From: Lysobacterales bacterium
GTDB taxonomy: Bacteria; Pseudomonadota; Gammaproteobacteria; Xanthomonadales; SZUA-5
Direction of reading: 5' to 3'
DNA: 64,000 bases
NCBI GenBank assembly: GCA_022844165.1
Contig: JALHMH010000020.1
Coordinates: 1 to 64,000, forward strand
Position numbers and translations under genes: made by a program. Of this stretch, positions 62,035 through 64,000 are shown in pieces (the stretch's first letter is position 1; each line of letters opens with the position of its first letter). The notes beneath the pieces were generated by a model. The model saw nothing but the letters and a program-made list of their open reading frames with translations, had not been told where the DNA came from and made no database searches.

Positions 62035-63636
62035 ATGACCACTCACGTCGAAGAAACCCAACGTCGGCGGACGTTTGCGATTATTTCGCATCCGGACGCC
62101 GGCAAGACCACCCTGACCGAGAAGTTGCTGCTCTTTGGTGGGGCCATCCAAATGGCGGGTTCGGTCAAATCGCGAAAAGCCTCGCGGCATGCCACTTCAG
62201 ACTGGATGGCGCTGGAAAAAGAGCGCGGCATTTCGGTCACGAGTTCGGTTATGCAATTCCCGTATGCCGAACGCATCGTGAATTTGCTGGACACCCCAGG
62301 CCACGCCGATTTTTCGGAAGACACGTATCGCGTGCTGACGGCGGTCGATTCGGCGCTGATGGTCATCGATTGCGCCAAAGGCGTTGAGGAACGCACCATC
62401 AAGCTGATGGATGTGTGCCGATTGCGCGACACACCAATCATGACTTTCATCAACAAGCTTGATCGCGAGGGTCGTTCGCCAATCGACTTGCTGGATGAAG
62501 TCGAAAGCGTGCTGAAGATTCGGTGCGCGCCGGTCACCTGGCCCATCGGCATGGGCTCGCGGCTGAAAGGTGTGTACCACTTGCTGCTCGATGAAGTGCA
62601 CATCTTCGAGACCGGACGAAACTTCACGCGTCAGGATTCAACAATTTTCCAGGGCCTGGATGCGCCGGGATTAAGCGAACGCATTGGTGCAGACGCCTTG
62701 GCGGAGCTTAGAGATGAGTTGGACTTGGTCCGCGGTGCGTCGCACCCTTTTGATCTTGGCGCCTACCTGAGCGGCAAGCAGACGCCCGTATTTTTTGGCT
62801 CGGGCATCAACAATTTTGGTGTGCAACTGCTGCTGGATTTTTTCGTCGAACATGCGCCGTCGCCGCGTGCGCGCGCCACAGAAACGCGCCCCGTCGACCC
62901 GATCGATGAAAAATTCAGCGGTTTCGTGTTCAAAATTCAGGCGAACATGGATCCGCAACATCGCGATCGTGTGGCGTTCTTCCGGGTTTGCTCCGGGCGC
63001 TACACCAGCGGCATGAAAGCGTGGCACGTGCGCGCCGGCAAAGAGTTCAAACTGGCAAACGCACTGACGTTCATGGCCTCGGATCGAGAAATTGCCGCCG
63101 AGGCCTACCCAGGCGACATCTTGGGCATTCACAATCACGGCACGATCTCGATCGGCGACACGTTCACGGAAGGCGAGGCGCTGAAATACACCGGCATCCC
63201 GAACTTCGCACCCGAGTTGTTTCGCCGCGCCCGATTGCGCGATCCGCTGAAACTGAAGCAGTTACAGAAAGGCCTGACGCAGTTGTCGGAAGAAGGCGCC
63301 ACGCAATTTTTCAAACCCTTGCTCGGCACCGATTTGATCCTGGGAGCGGTTGGCACGCTGCAATTCGATGTTGTCGCCTACCGGCTCAAGGACGAGTACG
63401 GCGTCGACTGTCTGTTCGAGAACGTACAGATTCATACCGCACGCTGGATCGGCGGCGATGACCCGAAGTCGATCGAGGATATGGAAGCCAAGGCGATGCA
63501 GAACATGGCCCGCGACGCCTCCGGCGCACTGGTGTACCTCGCGCCGACCCGGGTCAATTTGCAGCTGACGCAAGAGCGCTATCCGAAGCTCAAGTTTGCG
63601 GCCACCAAAGAGCACGCGCAGCCAGTAGAAATGTAG
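62035..63636 (+). CDS. prfC: Peptide chain release factor 3
   Basis: [31 protein letters not shown]. Confidence 0.98.
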   Translation: MTTHVEETQRRRTFAIISHPDAGKTTLTEKLLLFGGAIQMAGSVKSRKASRHATSDWMALEKERGISVTSSVMQFPYAERIVNLLDTPGHADFSEDTYRVLTAVDSALMVIDCAKGVEERTIKLMDVCRLRDTPIMTFINKLDREGRSPIDLLDEVESVLKIRCAPVTWPIGMGSRLKGVYHLLLDEVHIFETGRNFTRQDSTIFQGLDAPGLSERIGADALAELRDELDLVRGASHPFDLGAYLSGKQTPVFFGSGINNFGVQLLLDFFVEHAPSPRARATETRPVDPIDEKFSGFVFKIQANMDPQHRDRVAFFRVCSGRYTSGMKAWHVRAGKEFKLANALTFMASDREIAAEAYPGDILGIHNHGTISIGDTFTEGEALKYTGIPNFAPELFRRARLRDPLKLKQLQKGLTQLSEEGATQFFKPLLGTDLILGAVGTLQFDVVAYRLKDEYGVDCLFENVQIHTARWIGGDDPKSIEDMEAKAMQNMARDASGALVYLAPTRVNLQLTQERYPKLKFAATKEHAQPVEM

Positions 63637-63692
63637 GCTCGCAGATCTGCGCAGTAAGTTACCCAAGGCCAGCCGCGCCGCGGACGATTGAC

Positions 63693-64000
63693 TTATGGCT
63701 CAAGCGCCAATGCCACTGCGGCTTGGGCGTGCAGCGTGGTTGTATCGAATAGTGGAACTTCTGCATCGTGCTGACTGACAAGCAGCGCGATCTCTGTGCA
63801 CCCAAGAATGATCGACTGGCATCCTTGACTGCTCAGGTGCCGGATGACCCTGCGGAATTCACTGCGCGATATCGGATCGATGACGCCGCGGCACAGTTCT
63901 TCGTAGATCACGCGATGAACAAGATCCCGATCCAGTTGATCGGGAACGATGACCCGCAATCCATGGCGCTCACGAAGCCGCTCTCGATAGAAATCCTCTT
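63693..64000 (-). CDS. Aspartate/glutamate racemase family protein, C-terminal part
   Basis: IYEELC, ILGCTEI, PLFDTT. Confidence 0.88.
   Translation of the reverse strand, partial: EDFYRERLRERHGLRVIVPDQLDRDLVHRVIYEELCRGVIDPISRSEFRRVIRHLSSQGCQSIILGCTEIALLVSQHDAEVPLFDTTTLHAQAAVALALEP

Overview
GC-rich bacterial chromosome segment. Gene content suggests a Xanthomonadales-like gammaproteobacterium (inference). It is mostly housekeeping genes: uvrA (partial), thiolase, photolyase, pyk, sspA/sspB, an Oar-like TonB receptor, lon, clpX, rimO, htpG, galU, glutaryl-CoA dehydrogenase, rpoH, fadH, prfC, tRNA-Pro(CGG) and initiator tRNA-Met. Five accessory features stand out. (1) An ~11.4 kb PICI-like phage satellite is integrated in tRNA-Pro with 52-bp att repeats. 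It carries an integrase, an AlpA/Xis-like gene, a Zn-finger primase fragment, a helicase with an internal 9-bp iteron array, three lambda-like cos candidates upstream of a DUF1441/TerS-like gene, a scaffold-like protein, and candidate defence cargo (a TIR protein and a PIN toxin with a large partner). (2) A retron-type reverse transcriptase has a hand-foldable msr/msd ncRNA but no adjacent effector gene. (3) A four-gene VWA/HExxH + radical SAM + hypothetical + CoA-ligase-like operon is uncharacterised. (4) A Fic gene is paired with a small secreted Cys-rich protein. (5) A four-copy dispersed intergenic repeat carries a GCGAAGC mini-hairpin. All calls come from manual reading and motif recognition; no database searches were run.
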